Positions 13,101 to 25,100 of a stretch of 64,000 nucleotides of DNA are shown here, in pieces. The stretch lies in the NCBI GenBank assembly GCA_039621445.1, contig CP154954.1, forward strand, positions 18,896,642 through 18,960,641. Reading direction: 5' to 3'. Numbering within the stretch: position 1 is the first letter of the stretch; the number at the start of each line of letters is the position of its first letter. This DNA comes from Euglena gracilis (lineage: Eukaryota). Below the pieces are notes generated by a model, which saw nothing but the letters and a program-made list of their open reading frames with translations, was not told where the DNA came from and searched no databases. A program made the translations under genes and the position numbers.

Positions 13101-16100
13101 TTACCCAAGCAGGGCTGTAGTGCCTTGGGGTTCGAACCAGGCTTCTGCTTAAGGGTTCGCAGTGCCCGCCGGGGGGGGGGCTGGACTGAAGCTAGTCCAA
13201 ATTTGGCCAGTGGAAATCCCAGTGGGTCCGCTGGCAGGGCTGGCTAGAGGAATTTTTTTTCAGTGACCAGCACGAAGCACCAAAATTTTTTGGAACCCCA
13301 AAACTTGCCAAAAATGCTCATTTTTTTGCCTTTTTTTTTAGTTTTTTTTTTGGAACAGAACCACCAAAAAAACACGTTGGAAACCACATTTCCGTCTCAG
13401 CGCACAGCGTCGGAGGAGTTTTTTTTCCCCCCAGTTGGGGGACCCCCCAATCCCCTGCAGTGCCCGCAAAGGGGGGGATGTCCCCACGTGCGCAGGTGTG
13501 TGCGATTGTGCCCTGCAATGCATGTATGTCGTTTCGGGCGGTGGTTTCAAGCACCGCAAGTCCGTGGACCTCGAACCTCTCCACGGCTGTACGGGAATCC
13601 CCGCAACCCTGTGGGTGGTGGGTGGGGGGGTCCCCCCCATCCTGGTGGTGGGGGGGGGGTCCGACCCCCCGCCAGGCCTTCCCGTATTTTCGGGGGCCCC
13701 GATTTTTATGTCAACGTTTTCCTTCGGCGCCGAAGGTAATTTTCTTTGAGCGGGTGCCATGGTGGGTGGGGGGGGGGGTCGACCCACCCTCACCAGGCCT
13801 TCCGGCACAGGCCTGCCCTGCCCTGTCGGTCTCTCTTTGCCGCCTCCTTCGTGATGCCCTCACAGCCTCACAGGAGTTCAAATGTGTTTTCTTTTGGGCG
13901 CTGTCCCCCCCTGTCCCCGTGTGCAGGGGTATGGGGAGTACGAGGCGACGTATGGGCCCCGCCAGCCGTGGCACCCGCACCATTGCCGGCTGTGCAAGAG
14001 TGACTACCTGCCGAAGGGTGTCTCCCCATGCCCCGACCCCCCATGTCAATGTGCCTCGGCCCCCACGCCCCGCAAGTTTGGTGCCCCCCCATAGCGAGTC
14101 CGTGCGCCCCCCTGGTGCCTCCCCCCACCCTGTGGTGGGGTTTGGCCCCCGCACCGCCCCCCACCCCCTCCGGCCCTCTCACGCGGTCTTTCTTTTTGCC
14201 GTCCCCCCTGTCCCCTTTGGCAGTGGTAGCCTCTGACTGTGTTTTGGGCTGTCCCCCCCTGTCACCCCGCACCACGCCCGCACGGTGCCGCCCAGTGCTT
14301 ACCTGCCGAAGAGTGACCCCAACCATGTTTCCTCGTTGCCAAACGGCCAAAAATGCAGAAGCTGGCCCGAAGTGCTTTGAGTGGTTGAAGGGACCGACCC
14401 TCTGCCATTTGTTTCACACTTCAATTTTCTTTTTTTCAGAAATCGAAACGTCAAAATACAAGACTGTTTTTTTCCAGACATAGAAAGCGAAGGGTCTGCA
14501 ATGGCCTGGCCCTGACGTCCATGCTATGGTGGATGGCCCGGCAGCCCTGGACGTGCTGAGCAACTTCGAGCAGCGGTGGCGGAAGCAGGTTGGGGATGCC
14601 CATCCCGGTTGGGGTGGTGTGGGTTGCGCGTGCTTCGCATGGTTTAGCTTCCACCCGCTGTTGAGTACAAATCCCATATGTATGTAAAGGATTTGTCGGT
14701 TTACCTCCACATATACATGAATAAAAATATATGAATATAAATACATATAAAATGAAATATAATAAATAAATACAAAAAATATTATAGGATCATCTGTAAA
14801 AAGAAGCTCGGTATGTGTTGTTCCTTCTTTGCTGATGACCCTTGGCTGCGTTGCCCAAATGTTTATCTGTGACCCTCACCACGTTGCGTTTGCTGGAGCC
14901 AAGACCAGCCTCCACAAACATTAGCGACACTTGCAACCCTTTTCATTCATCCAAGCATTTGCCAACGGTGACCGATTTTCCCCCCTCGAAATCTCATGAC
15001 TTCTGTGTGCTTAAAAAATGCAGTTTTAACCAGCAAACTCATCGCAAGGCTGTACCCCCAAACGGCTCTCAACGTGCTGTAGTGGTGTCCCCTAGGAGGT
15101 CATGCCCAGCCATTTACATAATCTGCTGTAAGTCCCATGGAATCGAACCAGTCCCAGAACAAAAAGCTGTTGCGGTTCATCTGGGTTTTGTGTGGATCTA
15201 ATTTCGAAATGAATTTGACAACAAATTTCACATCCAGATTTGATGTCCTGGGAAAAGTTTTTCTGCTGCAAATAAGGCCATATAATTTCCACAAAGAACA
15301 CTTTTTCAGATGTGTTTGGGTGCAACACTTACCCTATCTGCAGGTTCGAAGGAAGGCGGGTTGCCTGCTGGATCTGAGTTCAAGGCTTGGCGAAGAGATG
15401 GTTGTTTAGAACAATCCCGAATGAAACTTCAATTATTTATTGCTGAACAGCAAACATCCAAAAAAACAGCTGGTTCATATTTCCCCGCAAAGAATATTTT
15501 TTTTTGGTCTGCAATGCTTCTGGATGAATTGCATTGCACTACTCGGGCTACTCGGGGGTGGGTTATTCTACCAAACACAAACAAACTGCAAGTGTCAACT
15601 TCAGCCCATGTGGCCAAGCTGGGGCATTTGATTGTGCCCCAGGATTCGGTACAAGGAGGGTGTCACGGCTTAGGGTGGGGGTCGCTGAGCTCTTATCTCT
15701 TTTTGAGTAAGGGCGAAGCTTTCCTCCGGGGGAAAAGGGAGGAGGGTTGAACCCCCTCCCAACCCTGGGTAGGTAATGAAAACCAGTGTATTATCACCAT
15801 GACCCTGGACTCGTTCCCGGTATTTTCCCCCCACCCGTGAGCGACTGGATCTTGGCTTCCCAAATGACCTCCGTTGAACCCCCAACTCCCCGCCAGGTCC
15901 AAGTCATTCAGCCAAGGGGAGATAAGCCCAAGGTGAGATTTTCCGTCAGAAAAATCGATTTTCCAAAAATATCTCGAGAAAGCGTACATTACAGTGTGCC
16001 AAAAAAGTTTTTATACCCTAAAGCCAAAAAAGTTTTTATATCCCTCAGACGAAAAAATAAAAAATGATTTTTTCTTTGGTTAAACATATGCCTTGTGCCA

Positions 16101-19100
16101 TGGGTTGGGGGGCCACAATGGGTGATGGGCAGAGCAAGGTGGCGCCTGCACCATATGCTGCACGCTCCTAAAGGCTGTTCAGTAGCGTGTGTGACCTACT
16201 TTGGCCGCCAGCACGGCATGCATGTGGGCAGGCAGGCTTTTGTACAGTTTCAAAACGGAGTCCTGGGGTATCCCCAGGAATGCTTGCCGTATGGCCTCCC
16301 AAAAGGAGGTTTCGTTGCTGTACGCCCGCTGACCCAGCCTGCTAACCACTTGCGGCCGAAGGTTTTCAGTCAGTCTTCTGGTGCACGTGGCGGTTGTTGG
16401 TGGTGGGCAGCCCGGGGAAGTGGGGGGGGGGTGGCTGAGCGTATGAGCCAGACCTGACCGGAGCTACAGCAACAAAACTGCTGGAAATACGTCCCTTGAG
16501 CAGTTGTATTCACACGCGCGCGCACACACACACCCACACCCACCCACACCCACACCCACACCCACACCCACACCCACACCCACACCCACACCCACACCCA
16601 CACCCACACCCACACCCACACCCACACCCACACCCACACCCACACCCACACCCACACCCACACCCACACCCACACCCACAAACATGTGTGAAGCCGATTT
16701 CAGGAAAAGAATGCCCGTGCAGGTCGGAGCCCCTCTCCACGACCACATTTTCCGGGCCAAATTGGCCAAATCCTGCCTTTCACCAAATATCCCCAATGAC
16801 CAAACTGGCCAATCTCCCCCCACCCTGCCCTGGGCAGGGTTCAGCCAGAAGACTGCACCTTTTCAAGGAATTTTGAGCGACTCCCTCCATTTCATCCATC
16901 CTCGGTGTGCCCATCCTGTTCGCCGGTAGATTTCAAATTCTGCTCTTCGGGGCTAGCAAATACCAATTCCAACAAGATGGGGCACCGGTGCACAAAAGCA
17001 GGTCGACACAGGACTGGCTGAACGACAAGGGTGCCAGGTTGTTCAACGACGGGGCCTGGCCACCAACCTCACCTGACCTGAATGTTATTGAATGCAGTCT
17101 TCTGGCTGAACCCTGCCCAGGGCAGGGTGGGGGGAGATTGGCCAGTTTGGTCATTGGGGATATTTGGTGAAAGGCAGGATTTGGCCAATTTGGCCCGGAA
17201 AATGTGGTCGTGGAGAGGGGCTCCGACCTGCATGGGCATTCTTTTCCTGAAATCGGCTTCACACATGTTTGTGGGTGTGGGTGTGGGTGTGGGTGTGGGT
17301 GTGGGTGTGGGTGTGGGTGTGGGTGTGGGTGTGGGTGTGGGTGTGGGTGTGGGTGTGGGTGTGGGTGTGGGTGTGGGTGTGGGTGTGGGTGTGGGTGTGG
17401 GTGTGGGTGTGGGTGTGGGTGTGGGTGTGGGTGTGGGTGTGGGTGTGGGTGTGGGTGTGGGTGTGTGTGCGCGCGCGTGTGAATACAACTGCTCAAGGGA
17501 CGTATTTCCAGCAGTTTTGTTGCTGTAGCTCCGGTCAGGTCTGGCTCATACGCTCAGCCACCCCCCCCCCACTTCCCCGGGCTGCCCACCACCAACAACC
17601 GCCACGTGCACCAGAAGACTGACTGAAAACCTTCGGCCGCAAGTGGTTAGCAGGCTGGGTCAGCGGGCGTACAGCAACGAAACCTCCTTTTGGGAGGCCA
17701 TACGGCAAGCATTCCTGGGGATACCCCAGGACTCCGTTTTGAAACTGTACAAAAGCCTGCCTGCCCACATGCATGCCGTGCTGGCGGCCAAAGGAGGTCA
17801 CACACGCTACTGAACAGCCTTTAGGAGCGTGCAGCATATGTTGCAGGCGCCACCTTGCTCTGCCCATCACCCATTGTGGCCCCCCAACCCATGGCACAAG
17901 GCATATGTTTAACCAAAGAAAAAATCATTTTTATTTTTTCGTCTGAGGGGTATAAAAACTTTTTTGGCTTTAGGGTATAAAAACTTTTTTGGCACACTGT
18001 ATTTCTGAAAGTGTCTGCCAGACTAAGTGTCCCTCTGGAGACCCTCTATCGCCCCCTTTGTACGCTGTTTTGGCCGCCAATACGCAAGGCCTGTTGTGTG
18101 GGACAGGGGTACATGCACCATAACCACACCCCATGGGCTGGAAGAGGCTTTGGAGCTGGGGGTTGGGTACCACCCACAACAAAATTTGGGGGTGTTAAAA
18201 TAATTCATGCCCCTATTATACAAATATATGTATTATTTCAAATATTATTACAAAATATATGCGCACACATGTATATGTATAATATATATATATATGATAT
18301 ACACATAATTAATGCCCCTACTGCCCATCAAGAACTTGATTTTTGACCCCCAAAAGCAGCCCCCCCCCCAAAAACCTCGCAGGTGGAGAGGGCAGTGGCA
18401 GTGCAGGGAAGGTGACCATTTCGGGCAATTTTGGGCTTTTTCGGCCATTTTTTTTTTGCCCAAAATGGTCACCTTCCCCAAGTGCCCTCTCCGCCTGCAT
18501 TGACAGGGGTTACCATCATGCGTTGTCCAAAGGTGGGTCCAAGGCTACCCACCCCAGTATGCAGCAGAGCTGGCTGGGGCACTGATGCGTGGGGCAGGGG
18601 CGTGCCAGTGTGCATACACCATCACCATACCCGATAGAGGCTTTGAGGCTGGGGGTTGCGCACCACCCACAAGATTTGGGAGTGTACAAATAATTAATGT
18701 CCCCATGGCATCTCGAAAATGCAACAAAAATCAAACTAAATGTCCGGCAACAAAAAAGCTGAAGCCCTTTGAATGTCCCTCCAACATTTTTGGCCTTTAT
18801 GCCCAGTTTTGGCATTTGCGGGGTTTTGGGTTGGTTTTTGGGTTCAGAAAATGGATGCTTTCAAAATGTCTCGAAATGAAGCAAAATCAAAGGAAGTGTC
18901 CGTTGGCATAAAACAATGGCCTTTGGAACGGCCAATCTGATGGCTTTTTGATTTCCTTGGTACTCTGTGGCCAGCCCGAGATATTGCCATTTTTAATGCA
19001 CACTTGGCCTTTTCTTGAACGACATTTTCAAAATATACCCAAAATGGTGGACAATCAAAGGACATCCCTGAGGATCTAAAATCCAGCCCTTGGGACCCTC

Positions 19101-22100
19101 CATCACCCGGGATAGCCCCAGGGCCAGCCGTGCGCCTGGCCCCAACTTCCCCTAATAAGCCCTATCTCATGGCATTTTGGTTCCCCGCAACTGAACTGGG
19201 CGCCAGATCAGAAGGCAGGCTGCCGGGCCGGGCTGGGCTGGGACACCGGGCCATGGGGCTGCCGGACTGCCGGCGGACCACTGGTCCGCCAGCAGCCACA
19301 TGCCTCAGACATTTGCTACCTGGCACCATCAGACAGGTGAAGGGCTCAACACAAAACCTGGTGACCCTCCCCTCACCGCAGGTGGGAGCACTGGACCAGA
19401 AGGGGGGGTCCGACCCCCCACCTGCCTTTACACTGAAAGCTCAGAGTCTACTCTGCCGGCTGATGGAAGAGAGTCCATCCCCAAGCCCTGGGGGAGGCAG
19501 CTGCCGTTCCTCAGCCCGCAGGAGCACGTCCACCCGGTGTTCGGAGCGTGGACCTGCCAGATGTTCCGCTCCATCGACAGCTTCAGCGTCGATCTGCCAG
19601 GGCGAGGTGTGAGGGGGTCCTCCATCCCTCCAACCTGGCCGGGCGGGTATGCACTCTTCATGGGTTCACGCATCTGACTTCCCTTGGTGAAGCATGCTCT
19701 TTTGTTTCAGGCCAATCTGTTAATTTATGGTGAGGTTGTAGGCCCGATTCCAGTCCCCTTTCCCATCACCCACACACCCACACAATCTTCTTCTGGTTGT
19801 GGCTTGTATGTAGTCCCTGGAGACTTTACTTCACACCCTGGGTTTGGTGAAATTGTCGCTGCCAAAATTTCTTGGCACAGACGTTGTATTTTTCAAGGAA
19901 TAATTCTCAGGGTGGCAAGATGGCAATCCCCAGGCCATGTTCAGGTTTGATATAAGGCCAAATGTGGGGCTCCCAAACCCTCCCTCCCAAAATGAGGCCC
20001 CCCCAAATGGAACAGGTGAGATGTCGGTCAATGTGCACAGATGCAAAAAGGCATGGCCATTCTTTGTTGCAAATGAATAAATGAATGTGAACCCCCCCCT
20101 CTTCCAATGACGTCTGTCTAGTTAGTTTGTTACCATTTATCACAACACAAATATCCATTCAACCCATGCACAATGAATGACCCCCATCCAGGCCGTCTAG
20201 ATGGTCGCTGTGGCGTTCATTGGGCTTGGGGGAATGAATGAATGAATGAATGAGTTGTACAACGATATGGCGCATCATATAATGATAAGGCATGAGGCTT
20301 AAAACATTTGCTGGAAACATCCACTCTTTTTGGTGTGCATTGCATCCTTCTATTTTTTCACCCATTTTTATTGCACAATGTTCAGGATTGTAAACTGGAT
20401 TTGGACACTCACCGGCTATTTGGCAAAGAATTGATCATTTTCAGGGGAGCTTAAATCGCGAGCGTTCATGGGATGAGGGTACATCATATTCCATCAAAAT
20501 AACCCCACACCATAAAGCTGCAGGCACAAGGTAAAAACCCGGACGCACCACATACGCCAGCCACGGCCGTAGGGGTGGAGCGCAGCATCTACCAGGCCTA
20601 CCTGCACCAGATCCGCCGGGCAGAGGACTTCATCTACATCGAGAACCAAAGCCATGCGATCGCATGGAAGCACCTCCTGCATAGAACGGCCAAACGTCCC
20701 AGCGTTGAGGAGGGAGCTGCGGCTTGCTGTTTTTTTTTGCTGCTGCCGATTGCGCTGTCCACGGTATTGGCTTCGCTGCTGCCCACGGTTCTGATGCTGG
20801 TGGATTCGAGTGACGGTGGGCATCGTGTCGATTGGTGTTGGCCTGTCGCTGCCGCTGCCGTGGTTGTCGCGTGGCCCGGGCAGCGATCGCCTGCCTGGTA
20901 CTTCCTGGGCTCCAGCCAGGAGTGGGAGGGCTTTGATGAGAAGCGTGACAACGTGGAGTGCAAGCACCGGTAGGTGCCCTGCTAACCCAACAGTCATTTT
21001 CATGGGCCGAAGTGTTATTTGTGCCTGGTGCATCATATAGAAAAGCGCCAGTTGTAACTCTCGGCGATCCCCCCAAATTTGGGCCCTCCTCATTTCGCTT
21101 AACCCCCCTGAATAATTATCCCCCCCTGAAAAATAGCCCCCCCCAAATGGCCCCCTCCAGCGATTTTACATAAAAATCCGAATAATACCCCCCCCCATGG
21201 ATGCCTTGAGCTTGAACGTTGTGACTGTTTTGCCACCTGGACACACAAAACTGCCAATTTTTTCTGAAACATTTTTTTGCGCAAAAAACAACCATTTTGA
21301 CAGGAGGGTCCTAAAAGGTCATTTTTGGGGAAAATGGCCATTTTGAGAGCATTTTTGCAGGGGGCTCATTTTCCGACGCAAAAATCCAAAAAAGAGCCCC
21401 CCCCCCCCGAGGTTTTAACCGAATGTCCGAATAATAGCCCCATGGCGCTATTATCCGGGGGGGTTTAACTGGGGTTTAACAGACGAGCGGTTTAACAGAC
21501 AGACAAGAAGCCTTAAAGTTAGTAAGCAAGCCTTAGTTGCCCCTTAGTGCAACTAAGGGGGACTACGCATGCCGTGGGGCCACGTGCTCACGTGGCAGCC
21601 AGAAGCGGTGGCCACACACTATTTGTGACAATTTTGGGTGGTGTGGGACAGTGGTGGGAACGTCGCCAAAGCGAGGGTGCCCAAGGCCCTGAAAAGCCGT
21701 CGCTTTGGTGTCCGGGGCCCCAGAGGGTCTTGACTAGCCCACCCGGGTACCCCTGGTGGCCTTGAACAACCCGGCCCACCCCTGTGGCTGGAAGGAAAAA
21801 TGGGGGGAGCGAGGACAAGAGGAACCCCCATGGAGACCAGCAGCTGAAAACGCGACTCCAATTCCTCTGTAGGGGGGCATGGCGCTTCGTGCAACCGCCC
21901 GGGGGATATGGCAGGGGGCCCTTTGGGCTTGCCGGCGCAATGGGACCCCTAGGACTCGTAGCACCCTCGAGCAACCCAACCCCAAAGGGGAAGCCAGCAG
22001 AGAGGAACCCACCTGTGAGGCAGCGGACCGCCCAACCCAACCGCAGACAGGGCATGGAGCATGGGTACCAGTATATAAGGGAACTACTGGTGCCTAGCAG

Positions 22101-25100
22101 CAGACCACCCACCCGCCACCTCCCCAACGCCGAGACTGGTGACCCGGGTTTACCGAAGCCGCGGGACCGTGAGGCCACATTGGAGTTTTTCAAGTCATGG
22201 AGTTGTGCCTGCACCATGCATCCCCCACACAAAGGTGGGAAGAGGGCAGGAGGCAAAAGCAGCACTGGGGTGCAAGGGTGCAGACCCACACATTGACCAC
22301 ACAACGTGAGTGTATGTCCCTACAGAGTTGTTCACCCGACCAGGGGGAGCACCACAAGAGCACTGGTGCAAGGGTCCCTGGCCATTCACCACACAGCAAA
22401 CTGGGCCAGAGGCGAAGTTAGCGCCGGCCATAAACAGACAACTAAGTGCAACTAAGGGGGGTTTGACTGGGGGGGGGGGAGGTAGGCTGCAAGTTTATGC
22501 CATTTGTTCCATCAAAATATATTTCATTCCGTGTATCTTTATCTGCGCATCACCACATTCCTTTTTTCGGAAAATATTTCTGTTATTCTTGCCCATCATC
22601 CAACCATATTCTGGCATTGGGGTTTTCAAATATTTGACCAGTCCGCCATGCTGAATGCATTTCGTGCTGTGCCAGGGAATGCCTGCAATCGCTTCATCAA
22701 CGTTTTCACACCCTTTTTACTTCCATCGATGACAATGTCCCCCCGTCCACAGCATCCCGGCAGAGCTGGTGGCAAAGATCGTTTCGAAGATTCACGCAGG
22801 GCAACGCTTTGCCGTGTACGTTGTCCTTCCGATGCACCCGGAAGGTTCGGCTCCCCAAGTGTTTCTAGACTGCTGAAGAGGAGGGGGGTTACAGTTGAAT
22901 GGCTATTCATTGCCATCTGTGGCCCAAGTGTTCTTGAGGGATCTCGAATCTCACGGATCAGCTTGTTTCAACACAAGTTCCAATACAAGTAACCCAAGTG
23001 AGGGATAGCAAAAGCAACGAACACCTTGCCAGGCGGGAGACTCGGTGCATGAGCAGCCCCTTTCCTGCTGGGAGGCAATATTCAGGGATCCAGGGAATCA
23101 GAGGTGATAGTGGTGTTTGTCGGATTGTTTTTTTTGGCTTTCGGTTTTGGAGAATGTTGCCATTTTTTCGCCTGTGTGCGTCATGTGTGTGTTTTCAGGG
23201 ACTTTTTGTGCAAGGTTTTTTGCGGAGTTTTGTTGTGAAGCAGGGCGTAGCTTAAGAAAATTTGACCCCCCAGGGGTGGGGTCCAGCTGGAAAATTTGGG
23301 CTGGCTGGATAAAGGCTGCTGGCTGACCCCCCTCCACCCATAGGGGTCCCGGGCCGGAGCTTGGCCCGACCCGGGTCGAACTGGGTTACCAAAAAAAATC
23401 CAAATTGCAAAAAAATGTCCAAAAAACTGTCAATTATGGGAAAATCAAAATTTTGACCTCAAATTTGCCCTGGCCAGCCCTTTTCCGACACATTTTTTGG
23501 CCCATTTTTTGCACCCCTGAAAGCAAAAATCCATTACTGTCCAGCCGCCCAAAGGGAGGCTGGAAATAAATAGAACTCGTTAGGGGGGGGTCCCGAGCTG
23601 GAAAAAGGTTGCTGGCTGGAAAAAGGTTGCTGGCTGGCTGGACCCCCAGGGTCGTTAAAAAGCACCCTGTTGTGAAGTGAATTTGACTCCGCCAATCTTT
23701 GCATTTGGGCAGCCCTTTGATTCACGCAGCAGGCACTGCCCCCAATCTAAAAATTTATAAGAATATGATAATATGGAATATATATAATTTATATATTACA
23801 AAATATATATTATATGCAGTATATATATATCACATATAATATATATTATATATTTAGCACAATATATATATATATATATATTATAATAAAACAAAGTATA
23901 TTATAATAAAACAATGTATATATTTAACACAATTTTTTTCCTTTATGAATATAGATATAACGTATATATGTATACATAAATGTATACATATATATTATGT
24001 CGATGAATTGCCCCCCCCCCCCCCCCCGTCCTTGGCCTGATCTCGTCGCACCCCCCCCAGGCATCCCCGAGGAGGCTGCAGTGCAGGCCATCCTGCAGTG
24101 GCAGTACAAGACCGTGTCGTTCATGTACCGCCGCATCGCTGCGGCCCTGCAACAGTGTGGCCCCCCGGTGTGTCCGCCACCCCCTCCGATGCTGCATTCA
24201 TCGGGTGCTGTTTGAATCCCCTCGAACACAACCCGTGTCCTGATTGCCCAAGCAAAGAAACAAGGAGAACCTCCCCAAAGTAAAGTAAAGGAGAAGTAAA
24301 CAAGTGAAGGAGAACCTGACCCCCAAGGTGAACTTTCCAACCTGGAGCTTTTTTTTGAAAATCGCTAAACTGTCCAATTTCAGGCACAAAAAATTGAAAT
24401 TATGATTTCTTTTATGATGAAGAATGATGTTGAATCTCAATGGGTACCAATTTATGTGTGGCGAGAAGCAACAAAAGCGCTTTTTTTGCGGTGGGGTTGG
24501 TCAACAAAGACACAACGAGGTCACTCCAAAAAAAGACTGGATGTTTCCAAAAATAGTTTCAAAAATAAGATGTGGGGCTTATTATTACATTTTAATTCAT
24601 TTTATTAATCATCTATTGTTTGTTTCTCTTTTTTTTTTGTATTGCAGTGGTTGTTTTGTTGCTTTTTTCTTCTTGTTTTTATGTTTTTTCTTCTTTTTGT
24701 AGGTTTTTTTTTCAGCAGCACCCAGCTGGTTTTCACCAATCACCAAAGCAGCCCTGCAATTCTGCAGCCGTGACAGATGCCTCTATTAATTTTGATTTCA
24801 AGTTGTTTCCTTTCCTTGTTGTTTCTGCATCGAAGGATGACCAGGGTTTGATATAAGGACAGCGTCCCCCTTAACCTGCCAAAGGGTTGCAAAAAAAGTG
24901 ACCAAAGTCATTTTGGGGGGCTCATTCGGTGGGGACAATTTTTTTGGATAGTGCTTGGAGCCAGGCTGAAAATCGGTCGCTTTGGCCATGCCTCAGTTCA
25001 GTCAGGGGCATTTCAAATAGTAAGAGCGAACTCACACTTTCATGCTTGCTCTTATATTTCGCTCTTACTAAACTGGCCTTGGTTTTGCACAGCGCGCTGC

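Larger units (their letters stand above)
15992..17999 (+). mobile_element. Tc1/IS630-superfamily foldback element (non-autonomous) with ~870-900 bp inverted arms
   Basis: TA|CAGTGTGCC...GGCACACTG|TA. Near-perfect inverted arms 15992-16857 and 17093-17999, the AAAAAAGTTTTTATA(C/T)CCT motif doubled at each end, and a transposase fragment inside. Confidence 0.93.
15378..19495 (+). other. 4.1-kb nonconventional (GT..GA, intermediate-like) intron hosting a Tc1 foldback element
   Basis: GTT-CAAGGCTTGG...CCAAGCCCTG-GGGGA. Removal gives [12 protein letters not shown] in frame, whereas the adjacent AG would be out of frame. Confidence 0.75.

Noticed and set aside
16370-17622. ORFs with PT/HP/VG/CG/WV dipeptide runs
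   Set aside because: Translations of the (CACACC)n microsatellite inside an intron element, not proteins.
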